A stretch of DNA of 64,000 nt from a bacterium. GTDB taxonomy: Bacteria > Fidelibacterota > Fidelibacteria > Fidelibacterales > Fidelibacteraceae. Of this stretch, positions 29,480 to 40,800 are shown one piece after another (position 1 is the stretch's first letter; each line of letters begins with the position of its first letter). Location: the NCBI GenBank assembly GCA_963676395.1, contig OY781066.1, positions 608,001 through 672,000 on the forward strand, read 5' to 3'. The translations under genes were made by a program, and so were the position numbers. Below the pieces are notes generated by a model, which searched no databases, was not told where the DNA came from, and saw only the letters and a program-made list of their open reading frames with translations.

Positions 29480-31867
29480 ATGAAAAGATTTTTTCTTCCG
29501 CTGATGCTTGTCATATTGCTTCTTGGGTGTTCAGTAGCACCTCAGACACAATTGGATATACTTCCCGTTCAATCGGTATTCAGCGGAGACACTGCCACTA
29601 TTGTAACACAAGACATATTCTTTGCGGAAAAATATAATGATATTACTTTCAGTGAACACCCGCATTTAAAGGTGAAGCTAAGTAATGATGGTAAAGAACT
29701 CAAATTATATGCCGATAGAGAATTTGCCGGTTATACAAGTATTTCTTTCATGAAAGGATTTACAAAATTTGAATTACCCGTAAAGGTAATCGATAGAAAA
29801 TTTATCACATTCTCATATGTACCTCAAGAAAACGAAATAATTAATAAAGTCTGCGTATTCGGAAATTTCAACTTCTGGCTAAGAGACCAACTTGTAATGA
29901 AAAAACAAAGTGACGGTTCTTTTTCTATTACCATCCCCTTTGAGCCCGGCCAATACGAGTATTTATTTAAAGTAGATGACAAAGAAATCCTTGATCCTTC
30001 TAACCCCAAATCAGTCCCTAACGGTCTTGGCGGATTTAACTCTCCCCTTAAAGTACTGCCTTCATTTACAGGCAAAAGTCCTTTTATCACACCTATTGAT
30101 TATAATGTAAACAAAGACCTTGTCCTTCGCTATCGCATTCTTGGGAATGATTATAATGGTAAATTCTCACATGATGATTTTATGGTCCTCGTCGATAACC
30201 ACCAATTAAGATCTTGTCGTATTAAAGTTCATAATAATATCCTAACTTTACGTATTCCCACACATCTTGCCCAAAATAGTCAAAAAATACGTGTCGTATG
30301 GTCAGGCGATGTTACCACATCAAATCTGGAAGAAATCATTCTTGAAAATGGTCTGCCAAAAAACAATGAAGGTGAATTCATTTGGCAAGATGCTATACTG
30401 TACTCATTAATGCCCGATCGCTTCAAGAATGGTAACCCTTCAAATGATTCACCTGCGAAGCATCCAAAGCTGGCTGATCGAGCTAATTTTAACGGCGGTG
30501 ATTTTCAAGGTATAATCGGCAAACTTGATGAAGGTTATTTTAATGAATTAGGCGTTAACACCTTGTGGATACTTCCCTTTATTAAAAACACACCTAACGC
30601 TTACATGGAAACACCACCTCCACATCGTATTTTCAGCGGTTATCACGGCTACTGGCCAATCTCAAGTCGCGAAGTAGACCCTCATTATGGCACGAATGGT
30701 GATGCGCACACTCTCATCGATGTCGCTCATAAACGAGGATTAAAGGTTTTAATGGATTTTGTATCCAATCATGTTCATCAGGAACATCCCTATTATCAAG
30801 ATCATCCTGAATGGTTTGGTCGATATATTTTACCTGACGGACGCGAAAATCTCCGCTTATTCGATGAATATCGTTTAAGCACATGGTTCGAATCTTATTT
30901 ACCCTCGTTTGATTATTTCAATGCTCCGGAAGCCATCGATACGATGGTAGCAGATGCTATCTGGTGGTTAAAGGAATATAATATTGATGGTTTTCGGCAC
31001 GACGCCGTAAAACACGTACCTTCGATCTTCTGGCGTGAGCTCACCAAAGAGATCCGGAGAAATTTCCCTAATAAAGATGTCTATCAAATAGGCGAAACCT
31101 TTGGTGATCATTCTTTGATATCCTCTTATGTAAACAACGGTCAGCTCTCAGCTCAATTCAATTTTAATCTCTATTGGCCGGCTCGCTATGCTTTTGCAGT
31201 TGAGGATGAAAGTTTTAGCGGCTTAGCAGCCGAAATGGAACGCGTCATTGATATCTATGGTCAAAACCATCTCATGGCTAACCTTATGGATTCTCATGAT
31301 CAACCTCGATATCCTGCATATCTGGAAGGCGACCTGGACTGGAGTGACAATGCCGCTGAATTCGGTTGGCACAACGACATTCAAATTGACGATCCTGTAA
31401 CCTACGACAAGATCGAAATGTATTACTCATACTTAATGACCATCCCCGGACCACCCACAATCTACTATGGAAATGAGATCGGTCTCACCGGAGCCGCCGA
31501 CCCCGACAATCGTCGCATGATGCCCTGGAAGTATACTCAACGACAAAAAGAACTCAAAAAACATATTTCCTCACTAACTGCACTGCGCAGTAAACATCCC
31601 GCATTGCGCTATGGTGATTATTATACCATCCGTGCAGATAAATCGGTCTACTCTTATCTACGATCTGATTTTAATGAGCGAATCCTTGTCGTGATTTACC
31701 GAAATAAATTTGCCGGCAAGGTCAACATTGAGCTACCCGCAGGATTACATACCGGCAAATTTGAATGCTTAAATACAAATGCCAAACTAGAGCAAGATGT
31801 CCTGAATGAAAATATTTTTCATTTGGAAGCTCAGCCGTTTAGTGGATATATATTTCTTATGAAATAA
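29480..31867 (+). CDS. GH13 alpha-amylase/neopullulanase-like lipoprotein with CBM48
   Basis: Start moved to MKRFF (GGAG RBS), lipobox LLGC; GNFNFW/PGQYEYLFKVD CBM48; DRFKNG, GGDFQG, YHGYW, DFVSNH, DGFRHDAVKH, GE, DSHD. Confidence 0.9.
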   Translation: MKRFFLPLMLVILLLGCSVAPQTQLDILPVQSVFSGDTATIVTQDIFFAEKYNDITFSEHPHLKVKLSNDGKELKLYADREFAGYTSISFMKGFTKFELPVKVIDRKFITFSYVPQENEIINKVCVFGNFNFWLRDQLVMKKQSDGSFSITIPFEPGQYEYLFKVDDKEILDPSNPKSVPNGLGGFNSPLKVLPSFTGKSPFITPIDYNVNKDLVLRYRILGNDYNGKFSHDDFMVLVDNHQLRSCRIKVHNNILTLRIPTHLAQNSQKIRVVWSGDVTTSNLEEIILENGLPKNNEGEFIWQDAILYSLMPDRFKNGNPSNDSPAKHPKLADRANFNGGDFQGIIGKLDEGYFNELGVNTLWILPFIKNTPNAYMETPPPHRIFSGYHGYWPISSREVDPHYGTNGDAHTLIDVAHKRGLKVLMDFVSNHVHQEHPYYQDHPEWFGRYILPDGRENLRLFDEYRLSTWFESYLPSFDYFNAPEAIDTMVADAIWWLKEYNIDGFRHDAVKHVPSIFWRELTKEIRRNFPNKDVYQIGETFGDHSLISSYVNNGQLSAQFNFNLYWPARYAFAVEDESFSGLAAEMERVIDIYGQNHLMANLMDSHDQPRYPAYLEGDLDWSDNAAEFGWHNDIQIDDPVTYDKIEMYYSYLMTIPGPPTIYYGNEIGLTGAADPDNRRMMPWKYTQRQKELKKHISSLTALRSKHPALRYGDYYTIRADKSVYSYLRSDFNERILVVIYRNKFAGKVNIELPAGLHTGKFECLNTNAKLEQDVLNENIFHLEAQPFSGYIFLMK

Positions 31868-31885
31868 AAAAAACCGTTAAGTATA

Positions 31886-31920
31886 AAAAAAGAGCCTTGG
31901 AATAATCCGAGGCTCTTTTT
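31886..31920. terminator. Bidirectional terminator between convergent genes
   Basis: AAAAAGAGCCTTGGA-ataa-TCCGAGGCTCTTTTT. Confidence 0.85.
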
Positions 31921-32023
31921 ATTTATCAAAAAGCATCCTAAGTTCGCTTTTCCACCGTAGCTTTATCTAAGCAAGCAGCACTTAAGCACTCTGCTCATAT
32001 GTTTACTTACTCATTTTGAGCGA

Positions 32024-32917
32024 CTACTGAAACAACTTGGTACTCAAATACTTCTCTCCCCTATCAGGAAACATCACAACAACGCAGCCATGTTCGACAT
32101 TCTTGATTGCTTCCAAAGCAGCCACCATCGCCGCCCCGGAACTCATCCCGACAAATATACCTTCTTCTTTAACGATGCGCCTTGCCATGTCAAACGCCTC
32201 TTCACTTTCAACCATGATCTCGGTATCTATCTTTGAAGGATCATATATCTCGGGAACTATAGCTTCATCCATATTTTTCAAGCCCTGAATATAGTGTCCT
32301 TTAACCGGATGTGCGCACACGACTTGAATATTAGGGTTATTTTCTTTTAAAGCCTTACTCAACCCCATAATAGTACCTGAAGTACCAATACTCGAAACAA
32401 GGTGAGTTAACATTCCTCCGGTTTGTCGCCATAGCTCTTCAGCAGTGACCTTATAATGTGCCAACTTATTATAATGATTCGAAAATTGGTCGGGATTAAA
32501 ATATTTTTCCGGATTTTCTTTCATCAACTCACGCACTTTGCATATAGCTCCATCAGTACCCTTATCGGCACCGGTTAAAATTATCTCAGCTCCAAAAGCT
32601 TTCATCATCTTTCGTCGCTCTATCGAAACGGTTTCACTCATGACAATCGTTACGGGATAACCTTTTACCGCTCCAATCATGGCAAGACCTATTCCGGTAT
32701 TCCCGGAGGTCGCTTCAAGAATTATTTGACCGGGCTTCATGATCCCTTCGGCTTCAGCCTGCTGGATCATTCGCAAGGCGATACGATCTTTAATGCTTCC
32801 GGTGGGATTAAAGCCTTCCAACTTCGCGTAGATATTTATATTCTTGTTTGGATTTAATTTATTAATTTTCACCAGTGGTGTTTGTCCAATGCTCTGCAAT
32901 ATATTCGAATAAATCAT
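32024..32917 (-). CDS. Cysteine synthase (CysK/CysM family, PLP-dependent)
   Basis: AKLEGFNPTGSIKDR, EATSGNTGIGLA, GTSGT, GMSSGA, FPDRGEKYLS. Confidence 0.95.
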   Translation of the reverse strand: MIYSNILQSIGQTPLVKINKLNPNKNINIYAKLEGFNPTGSIKDRIALRMIQQAEAEGIMKPGQIILEATSGNTGIGLAMIGAVKGYPVTIVMSETVSIERRKMMKAFGAEIILTGADKGTDGAICKVRELMKENPEKYFNPDQFSNHYNKLAHYKVTAEELWRQTGGMLTHLVSSIGTSGTIMGLSKALKENNPNIQVVCAHPVKGHYIQGLKNMDEAIVPEIYDPSKIDTEIMVESEEAFDMARRIVKEEGIFVGMSSGAAMVAALEAIKNVEHGCVVVMFPDRGEKYLSTKLFQ

Positions 32918-32990
32918 TTTTTCTCCATTTTGTATAGTATCCTGTTCTTATTAAGAACACATACGCTTGTTCCAAGTTTTGGTAAATAAA

Positions 32991-35153
32991 TTATAAAGGT
33001 AAGTGCAAAATAAAACAAGAACCTTCGCCGACTTTGCTATCCACAATTATCTTTCCGCGGTGCAATTCGGCAAATTCCTTACATAATATCAGTCCTAAAC
33101 CGGTACCATGTTCACCATCTGTTCCGGGCTCACTTACTGACTTGTCCAATAAAAACAGTTTATCGCATTTCTCAGGACTCATGCCCACTCCAAAATCACG
33201 GACACACAGTTGCAACATATCGTCTTTTTCTTTAGCAATAATCTTTATTTCACTGCCATGATACGAGTATTTTATTGCGTTGGAGATTAAATTTTGTAGA
33301 ATTGTATTCAGCATATTTTCGTCTGCCAATACAACAACCGGAGAAATATCAAAATCGATCTTAATTTGTTTTTCGCGAGCGATCGTTTCCATCAACTTGA
33401 TCGTATCTTGAATGGGGAATCTGATATCCAAAGCTTTGGGCTCAAAGGATATTTTTCCTGTTTGAGACCGTGCCCATTCCAATAAATTTTCAAGAAGCTT
33501 ATATGTTTGAGTCGATACGGTTTCAATATGATTTGAATATTCTTTTACTTTATCGTAGTCTTTTTGCTCGGAGGCTTTTCTTAATAATCCCGAAAATCCG
33601 ATCAATGAATTAAAGGGACTTTTTAGATCATGAGCAATAATGGATGTAAATTTATCTTTGGTTGCATTTAATTCCTGTAATTTTTTTTGATTCCCCTTAA
33701 GGATCAAATTGGTAGATTTATTCGAGGAAAAGAGTTTCAACATAAAAAAGGCAAAAATAACGACCATACTTAAAATAATCAGGAGGAGATTCCTAACGGT
33801 TATCTCCCTTTCCAAACTCATTTCACTGACTAGGTTTTCCTGTTCTAATTCTTTTATTTTTTGTTCTCTTTTTTCATTATCGTATAACGCTTCAATTTGA
33901 TTCATGGAGCTTAGAGCTTTGGATTGACTTATAGAATCGGACAAAGCGATTTGATCACTGCGGTACTTGAATGCTTTTTCATAATTTCCTTCTTCGGCAT
34001 ATATTTCCGCCAACAAGGAACAAATACTAATCGTAATACTTTTTTGGCCATTATTTACAGCATGTTCTAAACCTATATTTAAACTATCCAACGCGGATTC
34101 ATATTCACCCATACTGTAGTATATTTGTCCATACAATTTATATAAGCCCGGGAAACCCAATACATCATTTATTGATTTTTTAATTTCTTTGGATCGGTTT
34201 AAATATCCTAAAGCCAATTCATTTTCACCAATTGAATGCTCAATTAGAGCCCTGTACTTACAAGCATTGGATAAACCAAATCCAAGATTCAATTCCTCGT
34301 ATATATCTATAGCATTTTGGTTATTATATCTTGCGCTTGCCGCATCCCCTAAATGTAGATAAGTCATTCCCAATTCATCGTGCGAAATCGCTACACCGGT
34401 TAAAGCACTGGCGTCGTCAGGTAAGGCTTTATATCTTTCCAAGGCATCACTAAAGTATTCCTGAGCTTTATCGTAAGCATCCATGGTAGTATAAATACGA
34501 CCCACACAATATGTTACCCACGCAGCGCCTTCTTCTAATTGTGCTATTTCATATTGTTCTCGCGCTTTTAAAATAAATTCAATAGCCTGCCCATAAATAC
34601 CTTCTAATCTAAAAATATTAGAAAGTTGGGCATAAACAATCGCCATATTTACATGATCGGATACTTTTCTTGAGTACACAAGAGCTTCATTATATCTTGA
34701 CATTGCTAAAGCCTGATCACCGGTCATTCTATGCTCAACAGCCCCCAAAACACCAAGGACTTTACCTAAGTTCTTATAATCGTTTTCTATTCTATAAAGT
34801 TTTACCGCTTTATTTAACAATACCATTGCCGTATCGGTTTCATCGGCATAATGACTTGTCAACCCTAAATAATGCAATGCTTTTGCTTGCAAATCAACAT
34901 ACCCCAATTTTTCTGCCTCATTAAGGGCTTGGCGCAACGTTTTCTTTGCGAGAGAATAATCAGTTCTTCTATGTTGATATCCTATCTGAAGCCTTGCTTC
35001 AATCCGAGGTTTCCCGTCATATTCTTTGGCGACTTGATATAAACTATCTAAATCTTCAGATAATAATACAGAGGAAAATGTCATCAATAGAATTAAGAAC
35101 AAGTATTTAAGCTTTGATTTAGAAGTATTCCTAAAGTTTGAACTCGAACTCAT
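32991..35153 (-). CDS. TPR-repeat membrane sensor histidine kinase
   Basis: Extracytoplasmic TPRs, one TM helix, IIAHDLKSPF, NLISNAIKY, DFGVG, GTGLGL; start moved to MSSS (GGGAG RBS). Confidence 0.92.
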   Translation of the reverse strand: MSSSSNFRNTSKSKLKYLFLILLMTFSSVLLSEDLDSLYQVAKEYDGKPRIEARLQIGYQHRRTDYSLAKKTLRQALNEAEKLGYVDLQAKALHYLGLTSHYADETDTAMVLLNKAVKLYRIENDYKNLGKVLGVLGAVEHRMTGDQALAMSRYNEALVYSRKVSDHVNMAIVYAQLSNIFRLEGIYGQAIEFILKAREQYEIAQLEEGAAWVTYCVGRIYTTMDAYDKAQEYFSDALERYKALPDDASALTGVAISHDELGMTYLHLGDAASARYNNQNAIDIYEELNLGFGLSNACKYRALIEHSIGENELALGYLNRSKEIKKSINDVLGFPGLYKLYGQIYYSMGEYESALDSLNIGLEHAVNNGQKSITISICSLLAEIYAEEGNYEKAFKYRSDQIALSDSISQSKALSSMNQIEALYDNEKREQKIKELEQENLVSEMSLEREITVRNLLLIILSMVVIFAFFMLKLFSSNKSTNLILKGNQKKLQELNATKDKFTSIIAHDLKSPFNSLIGFSGLLRKASEQKDYDKVKEYSNHIETVSTQTYKLLENLLEWARSQTGKISFEPKALDIRFPIQDTIKLMETIAREKQIKIDFDISPVVVLADENMLNTILQNLISNAIKYSYHGSEIKIIAKEKDDMLQLCVRDFGVGMSPEKCDKLFLLDKSVSEPGTDGEHGTGLGLILCKEFAELHRGKIIVDSKVGEGSCFILHLPL

Positions 35154-35222
35154 ACTATCTCCCTGGTTTAGCAAGTAATATTTAATATAGAAATTATTAT
35201 TAATATTCTAAAAGAATTTTTA

Positions 35223-36140
35223 CTATTCAATAATCATTAAAGCATGTTTATGATTAATGATATTCAGTTCTGTACCCGCTTCACAAATCGTTTCACCATC
35301 AGCATGAACAGCCATAGTACCTGAGAGCGCCCGAACATTCAGCCAATCTGTCCTTCCTGTTAAAGTATCCTCTCGTTTACTTTGCTCACCTTTAGTGTAA
35401 GCGATCATCGCAGATAGCAGTTCTCCTCGCTTTCCCTGCTTTGTCATACAAATATCAAACAAGCCATCATTCATTTTCCCTTCGGGTGCCATAAAAAAGC
35501 TTCCGCCCAAGCGACGACCGTTCATCACAGATACCAGTGCCGGAGAAATATTGATAACTTCGTCATTAAAACTGATTTTTAATTCGGGAGCAGTGGGATA
35601 TTTGATCAGAGTTTTTATTGCTCCCAATGCGTAACCGGCAGCTCCGTGTATATAGTTCATTTTTGCAGCTTCAAGCCCAACAAGTGTATCAAAACCTATT
35701 CCTAAACCATTTCCAAAATACCTTCCCTCGGGATAATCACCACCTCTTACTTCCCCAACATCCATCGGGACCGATGCTCCATCTTTTATACGTAATAGAT
35801 CTTTTCCTAAACCAATAGGTATATCAGCGGAAAACGCAAAATCATTTCCCCTTCCAATAGCAAGAACACCAAAAGCGGGAATAGTTTCCATTTTATTTGA
35901 TGCTTTCATTAAACCATTAATAATCTCATTAATAGTACCATCACCACCGGCAGCTACAATGAGTGTATTTTCCATTAAAGCATAGCTTTCCGCTAACTGG
36001 ATGGCGTGACCGGGTCTTTTTGTTTGAATTATTTCATATTCAAGACCATGTTCAGTAAAAAAAACTTCTATTTCAGGGATCCTCTTTTCAGCATGACCTT
36101 TTCCTGCTGTAGGGTTTAAAATAACGATATAGCGTTTCAT
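35223..36140 (-). CDS. Diacylglycerol kinase family lipid kinase (YegS/DgkB-like)
   Basis: NPTAG, GGDGTINE, GRGNDFA, GIGFD, NGRRLGG, HADGE. Confidence 0.92.
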   Translation of the reverse strand: MKRYIVILNPTAGKGHAEKRIPEIEVFFTEHGLEYEIIQTKRPGHAIQLAESYALMENTLIVAAGGDGTINEIINGLMKASNKMETIPAFGVLAIGRGNDFAFSADIPIGLGKDLLRIKDGASVPMDVGEVRGGDYPEGRYFGNGLGIGFDTLVGLEAAKMNYIHGAAGYALGAIKTLIKYPTAPELKISFNDEVINISPALVSVMNGRRLGGSFFMAPEGKMNDGLFDICMTKQGKRGELLSAMIAYTKGEQSKREDTLTGRTDWLNVRALSGTMAVHADGETICEAGTELNIINHKHALMIIE

Positions 36141-36298
36141 CCATACTCCTGCGTAAAAAATTGGAACGTCAATATAGGGAGAAAGATGAGAAATTGAAAG
36201 GGGATTTCATTGATAAAGCAGAGAATTATTAACTATAAAAATAAAACCTGAAAACATTTTCAGGGTTTTAAAATTAATTTATATCATCAACATTATCA

Positions 36299-36460
36299 TT
36301 AGAAATATGAAAATATCTCATCATCATGTTGATCAATCAAAACTGAATGATTACATCCATCCGAATCAATACGATATATACTTGAACCTACATCATCACG
36401 TCTTTCATAGATAATACACTCTCCATCAGGTGGCCAAACCGGTTTCATCCCGGGGGGCAT
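36299..36460 (-). pseudogene. Fragment of a TolB/PD40-repeat beta-propeller gene (53 aa)
   Basis: Own translation MPPGMKPVWPPDGECIIYERRDDVGSSIYRIDSDG... resembles the PD40 pattern P.WSPDG..I.Y......IY.I..DG; single blade, no signal peptide. Confidence 0.55.
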
Positions 36461-36628
36461 TGCTTATTACAATATTCTTATTGAATAATAGGTTTACAGA
36501 GACAATAAAGGTTAGTTCTCAGTTTTTTGTAAGTTGCATACTGTATAATAATATGTAATAGTAATATGATTATGAGGTGCTCTCAGGAGCGAAAGGTTTT
36601 GCTTATAAGTATTAATTTTGGGAATAAT

Positions 36629-36691
36629 AACCGAGTCGGTTGTCAACACGCCAAACCGAGTCGGTTCAAGTATTCTTCAACTGACTCGGTC
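36629..36691. promoter_or_regulatory. Triple palindromic operator array (TetR-like)
   Basis: AACCGAGTCGGTT at 36629 and 36654, AACTGACTCGGTC at 36679; exact 25 bp period; abuts a minus-strand TTGACA. Confidence 0.6.
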
Positions 36692-36745
36692 CAATAAAAA
36701 CAACCGAAAATATAACTTGCGCTATCTTTATATCTTTTCCGACTT

Positions 36746-37543
36746 CTAGTATAATTTATTGGATTTCTCCCAGGCTGTAACAATCCCTTTGATCATGGCA
36801 GATGAAAAACCGGCATGTTCCATTTGATTTAATCCTGAGATAGTGACTCCCTGAGGTGTTGTCACTCTATCAACTTCAAACTCAGGGTGATTCCCTGTTG
36901 CGAATAATAATTCTGCTGCACCTTTGGCAGTTTGAGTTGCCATGAGTTTTGCATCTTCGGCATGCAAACCAATCTCTATTCCGCCCTGAATTGCAGCACG
37001 AATTGCACGCATAAAGAAGGCAATTCCGCAAGAAGCTAAAGCGGTTGAAGCGGTGATTTGTTCTTCCTTAAGATATATGGTCTTGCCTAAGTGAGAAAAG
37101 AGCTTTTCTACTTTTGGTACCAGATCCATATCCTTTTCTCGACATGCTAAAGCTGTCATAGACTCACCAATTGATATGGCAGTATTGGGCATAGCTCTGA
37201 ATACAGGCAGATCTTTACCAAGTTTTTCTATAATATCAGCGATTTTAACACCACTTACAATCGAAATGATTCGATGTTTTTTTTCGTCAAGGTAAGGACT
37301 TATTTGAGATAATAATTTATCAACCTGTTGCGGCTCTACAGTCAGGATCAATGTATCTGCAAAAGTGACCGCTTCCGAATTATCGCTTGTAAGGTGGCAG
37401 CCATCAGTAGCAAATTTTTCTATTAGTGATAGTTTTGTATTACTTAGTATGATGTCTTTATAATCCAAGCCACCTTCTTGAACAAGTCCCCGATATATTG
37501 CCTGGCCTATATTTCCCGCACCAAGAATTGCGATCTTTTTCAT
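36746..37543 (-). CDS. proC: Pyrroline-5-carboxylate reductase
   Basis: GAGNIG Rossmann motif, RAMPN, VTTPQGVT..GL. Confidence 0.96.
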   Translation of the reverse strand: MKKIAILGAGNIGQAIYRGLVQEGGLDYKDIILSNTKLSLIEKFATDGCHLTSDNSEAVTFADTLILTVEPQQVDKLLSQISPYLDEKKHRIISIVSGVKIADIIEKLGKDLPVFRAMPNTAISIGESMTALACREKDMDLVPKVEKLFSHLGKTIYLKEEQITASTALASCGIAFFMRAIRAAIQGGIEIGLHAEDAKLMATQTAKGAAELLFATGNHPEFEVDRVTTPQGVTISGLNQMEHAGFSSAMIKGIVTAWEKSNKLY

Positions 37544-37716
37544 TTTGTATCCTTTATAATTGAAAGGAATTTATAATAAAAATGTAATAATAACAAGTTT
37601 CCTTGAATTAATATCTCGAGACATTAAATAATATTTACTGATTTTCTTGTCCAAATATTTATTTTAGGTTCGATATCACCCGTGTTTTTTTACATTTTTA
37701 CTCCCTAAATTGTACA

Positions 37717-37748
37717 CCGGTAGTATCGCAGGGGAGCAATACTACCGG
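37717..37748 (-). terminator. Strong hairpin ending the DUF11 operon (no clear U-tract)
   Basis: Minus strand CCGGTAGTATTGC-tcccct-GCGATACTACCGG, 13 bp with one G-U pair, about 70 nt past the barrel stop. Confidence 0.6.
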
Positions 37749-37817
37749 CTAGAGAGAGAGTTTATGTTGATGAGAGTTGAATATTAAATTATTTTATTAC
37801 CTACCGCAAATTACAGA

Positions 37818-40800
37818 TTACCAATTAAAAATATCCTCCGAAAATTTCATATGGAAGCTCAAGAAAAAATTATTATATAAATAATTTTGAGATCCAAAAT
37901 CAGGATCCTCAAATCGACTAATTTGATATCCTAAACCTACCTGCATGTTCTTGATAAGGTTATAGCCGACCTCAACCGACGAGCCTACTTTATCCTGACC
38001 TAATTGAGGAATATCAATAAATTTCACATCAGCAGCGGCATACCATTTTAAACTTAGGTCATATTCTAATCTTAAAGCAAAATATCTGGTTGTAATAATA
38101 TCTTTAAACTGAAGTATCTGTTCATCTACGATCATTCTATAGGCAAATGAAAACCCTACTTCTAATTTTTCCGTTGGCTGCCAATAATTATGTGCGTACA
38201 GAATAAATCTTTCATTATTTGTCTTATCGGCAACATGCGTATTCTTATCTTGCAAATATGCTACCTTGATCAACGAATTAAAGAAATCACTTCGCTCAGG
38301 ACGTATTGCAAGACCAATTTGATTGTCCGATTTAATAACATAATCATTAAATGATTCCAGATAATTGGTTTGCGTATACGTTAGCTTTGCAAGAAATGAT
38401 AAACCGCGCGCCAATTTAAAATCCATATTAAACATTACGTTCCATTGACGTGAATCACTCTTGGCTAACAATTCACCTTTAGCTGTCATTTTAAAAGGTA
38501 TTTCAGGCAAAAATTCAAATGAAGTTGATAGGGCCTGGTGATCAATCGTTGCAACCCTAAGGCTGTCGGCTACAGAAACATTCTCATAAGCTACGTTAAA
38601 GGTAATATTCTTACCGATCTTCCATTTATTCTTTAAACCGATGGTGGCACGGTTCCGATCGTCGCCACTGGTTCCACCAATTTCATATTTACCTGTTAAT
38701 TCGGTATTCTCTTTTACTTTTGAATCAATCCCAACAACAAATTGATTGGGTTTTTCACTGTTTTCTACACGCTTATATTTAGCTATTAAAGCTACTTTTT
38801 CGCTAATGGAATATGTTAAGCCAATACCGGTAAAAGTGGGCTTAGCCTGATCGGTCTTAATGAGGTTTTGCTCTCGTTCAACGGTTGCTTTGATTTTCTT
38901 GCCTAATTTATAATCAAGAGCTCCTTTGATCAATTGGGAACGCGTAGATTTCAGCGTATCACCGCTTATAGAGATCTTCTCGGCATTTTCATAAGCAACA
39001 TTTACATTTCCTTTTTCCAAAAACGATTGCTTATAAGTAATATTGAATGCTTTAGCGGTATTTTCATTTACAGTACCCACTTTGCTTAACTGGTTATAAT
39101 ATTCGGATTGTAATTGACCAAATTTCTCATTGCCCATTTTTAGACGAAAACCATATTTCTGAGAACCACTTTCAGAACTTTTACCTGTTTGAGACATATT
39201 TGTAAAAGACGTATCAATATTTCTATAGTATGCCGAAATATTAAAAAACTTCATAGGGTTAAATAAAATCTCTGCTTTATATGCATTACCTAAGATCTTT
39301 TCACCACTCATCTCAGGAGTAATTGACTGTGCAACTTCACTTTTTATTGACAGCCATTTAAATAAGGGCATTGTAGCATCTAAACCGTAAAGATAATAAT
39401 TTGATACTTGTTTTTCTTCCGCAACAAACAAAGCACCAAGATTCAATTTTTTAAAAAGTGTACCGTCGTATCTGATACCACCGATAGCTGTTTCTCGTTT
39501 TCCGGATTTGTATTCGTACGAAATAACAATATAAACAGGGTTGCCGTCATCATCTAAACTGGGGACAGGCTGCTTGAACATGATAGAACCATCTTCATAA
39601 TTAATGGTATAATCTTGATATCTGTTCATTTCTTTAGAACGAATAACAATTTCTGAACGATACTTATCTCTTGTCTGTATTTCGATCTTATCTGAAAGTT
39701 CAGTTACATAAGTTTGTGACAAGAAATAATAACCTGAAATACCTTCACCTCGGATCTCATCCAATTGCATTTCACGATCTGTAAAGGTACCAAAAGCTCT
39801 TATGGAATGTTCTTTATAATTAAGATCAGCAAGCAAACCGTTAAATGTTCTATTATACGCTGTAAATTCAGCTTGGTCTAATTTAGTATCAAAATCACCA
39901 TACATAACAGCCGATTCATTTTCTTCCAATTTAATAAATAATTCGGAATTACTTTGAGCATCATATTCAAGGGTAGAGGCATCACCATATACCGCATATT
40001 GCTCCGAAGGGTCAATATCCTGATAGAATTGATCACGATAATTTCGTTTAGAATCGTAAGAAGCGGTCAATTGATATTTATTAAGAATATTTCCTCTGGC
40101 GTAGAATGCTACTCGACCACCATACATAGCTAGATTATTATTAAAAACCTTTTCACGCCAAACTTCTACATCAGGTTCATTTTCATTATCAGGAAAATCC
40201 TGAAAATTTGATACCGCACCATTTACGGATCCAACAAACATAAAATCACCCTGAGGAGTTGTGTAACGAACCGGCATTTGAAAATATTCACCGCGAACTG
40301 AAACTTCAAGTATGGCCTTTGTAGCTTCTTTAGGAGATTTTACAGGGAATTTCAATTCCCCGTTTTGAACAGGTAATTGAACACCCGCTGCCATTATATC
40401 CATATCTTCCGAAGCAACTTTTCCATGTGTTAATTGTACGGTTGCAACCTTTAAGTTATCAAGCAAGTATCCCCACTCATCTCTAAATTCAAAGCTCAAT
40501 GTATCCATACTGTGTCCATCGGCCGGAATCTCTATCTTTTCTTTATAAGGAACCATGCTCTTTGGTGGCCCCATAACATGGATATTACGTTCCGAAGTAA
40601 AGATCTTATCTCGCGCACCCACTGATTCAACGCGGAACTTAACCGGCCCATCAGGGACATGAATATTGAGAAAATCATAAACACCGTCTACACGAATTGT
40701 TCCTTCGGATGCTAATTCATCGTTTACATATAATTTAGTATTTGCACCGGCTTTACCCATGACCGTAACGGCAACATGATGAAGATTTGTAACGCTGCCT

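Noticed and set aside
31963..31998. Micro-ORF MSRVLKCCLLR with tandem Cys near cysteine synthase
   Set aside because: It is downstream of the gene rather than in a leader position and has no clear RBS, so it is unlikely to be an attenuator peptide
36629..36691. Regularly spaced palindromes as a mini-CRISPR array
   Set aside because: 13 bp repeats with 12 bp spacers are far too short and there are no cas genes; kept as an operator array
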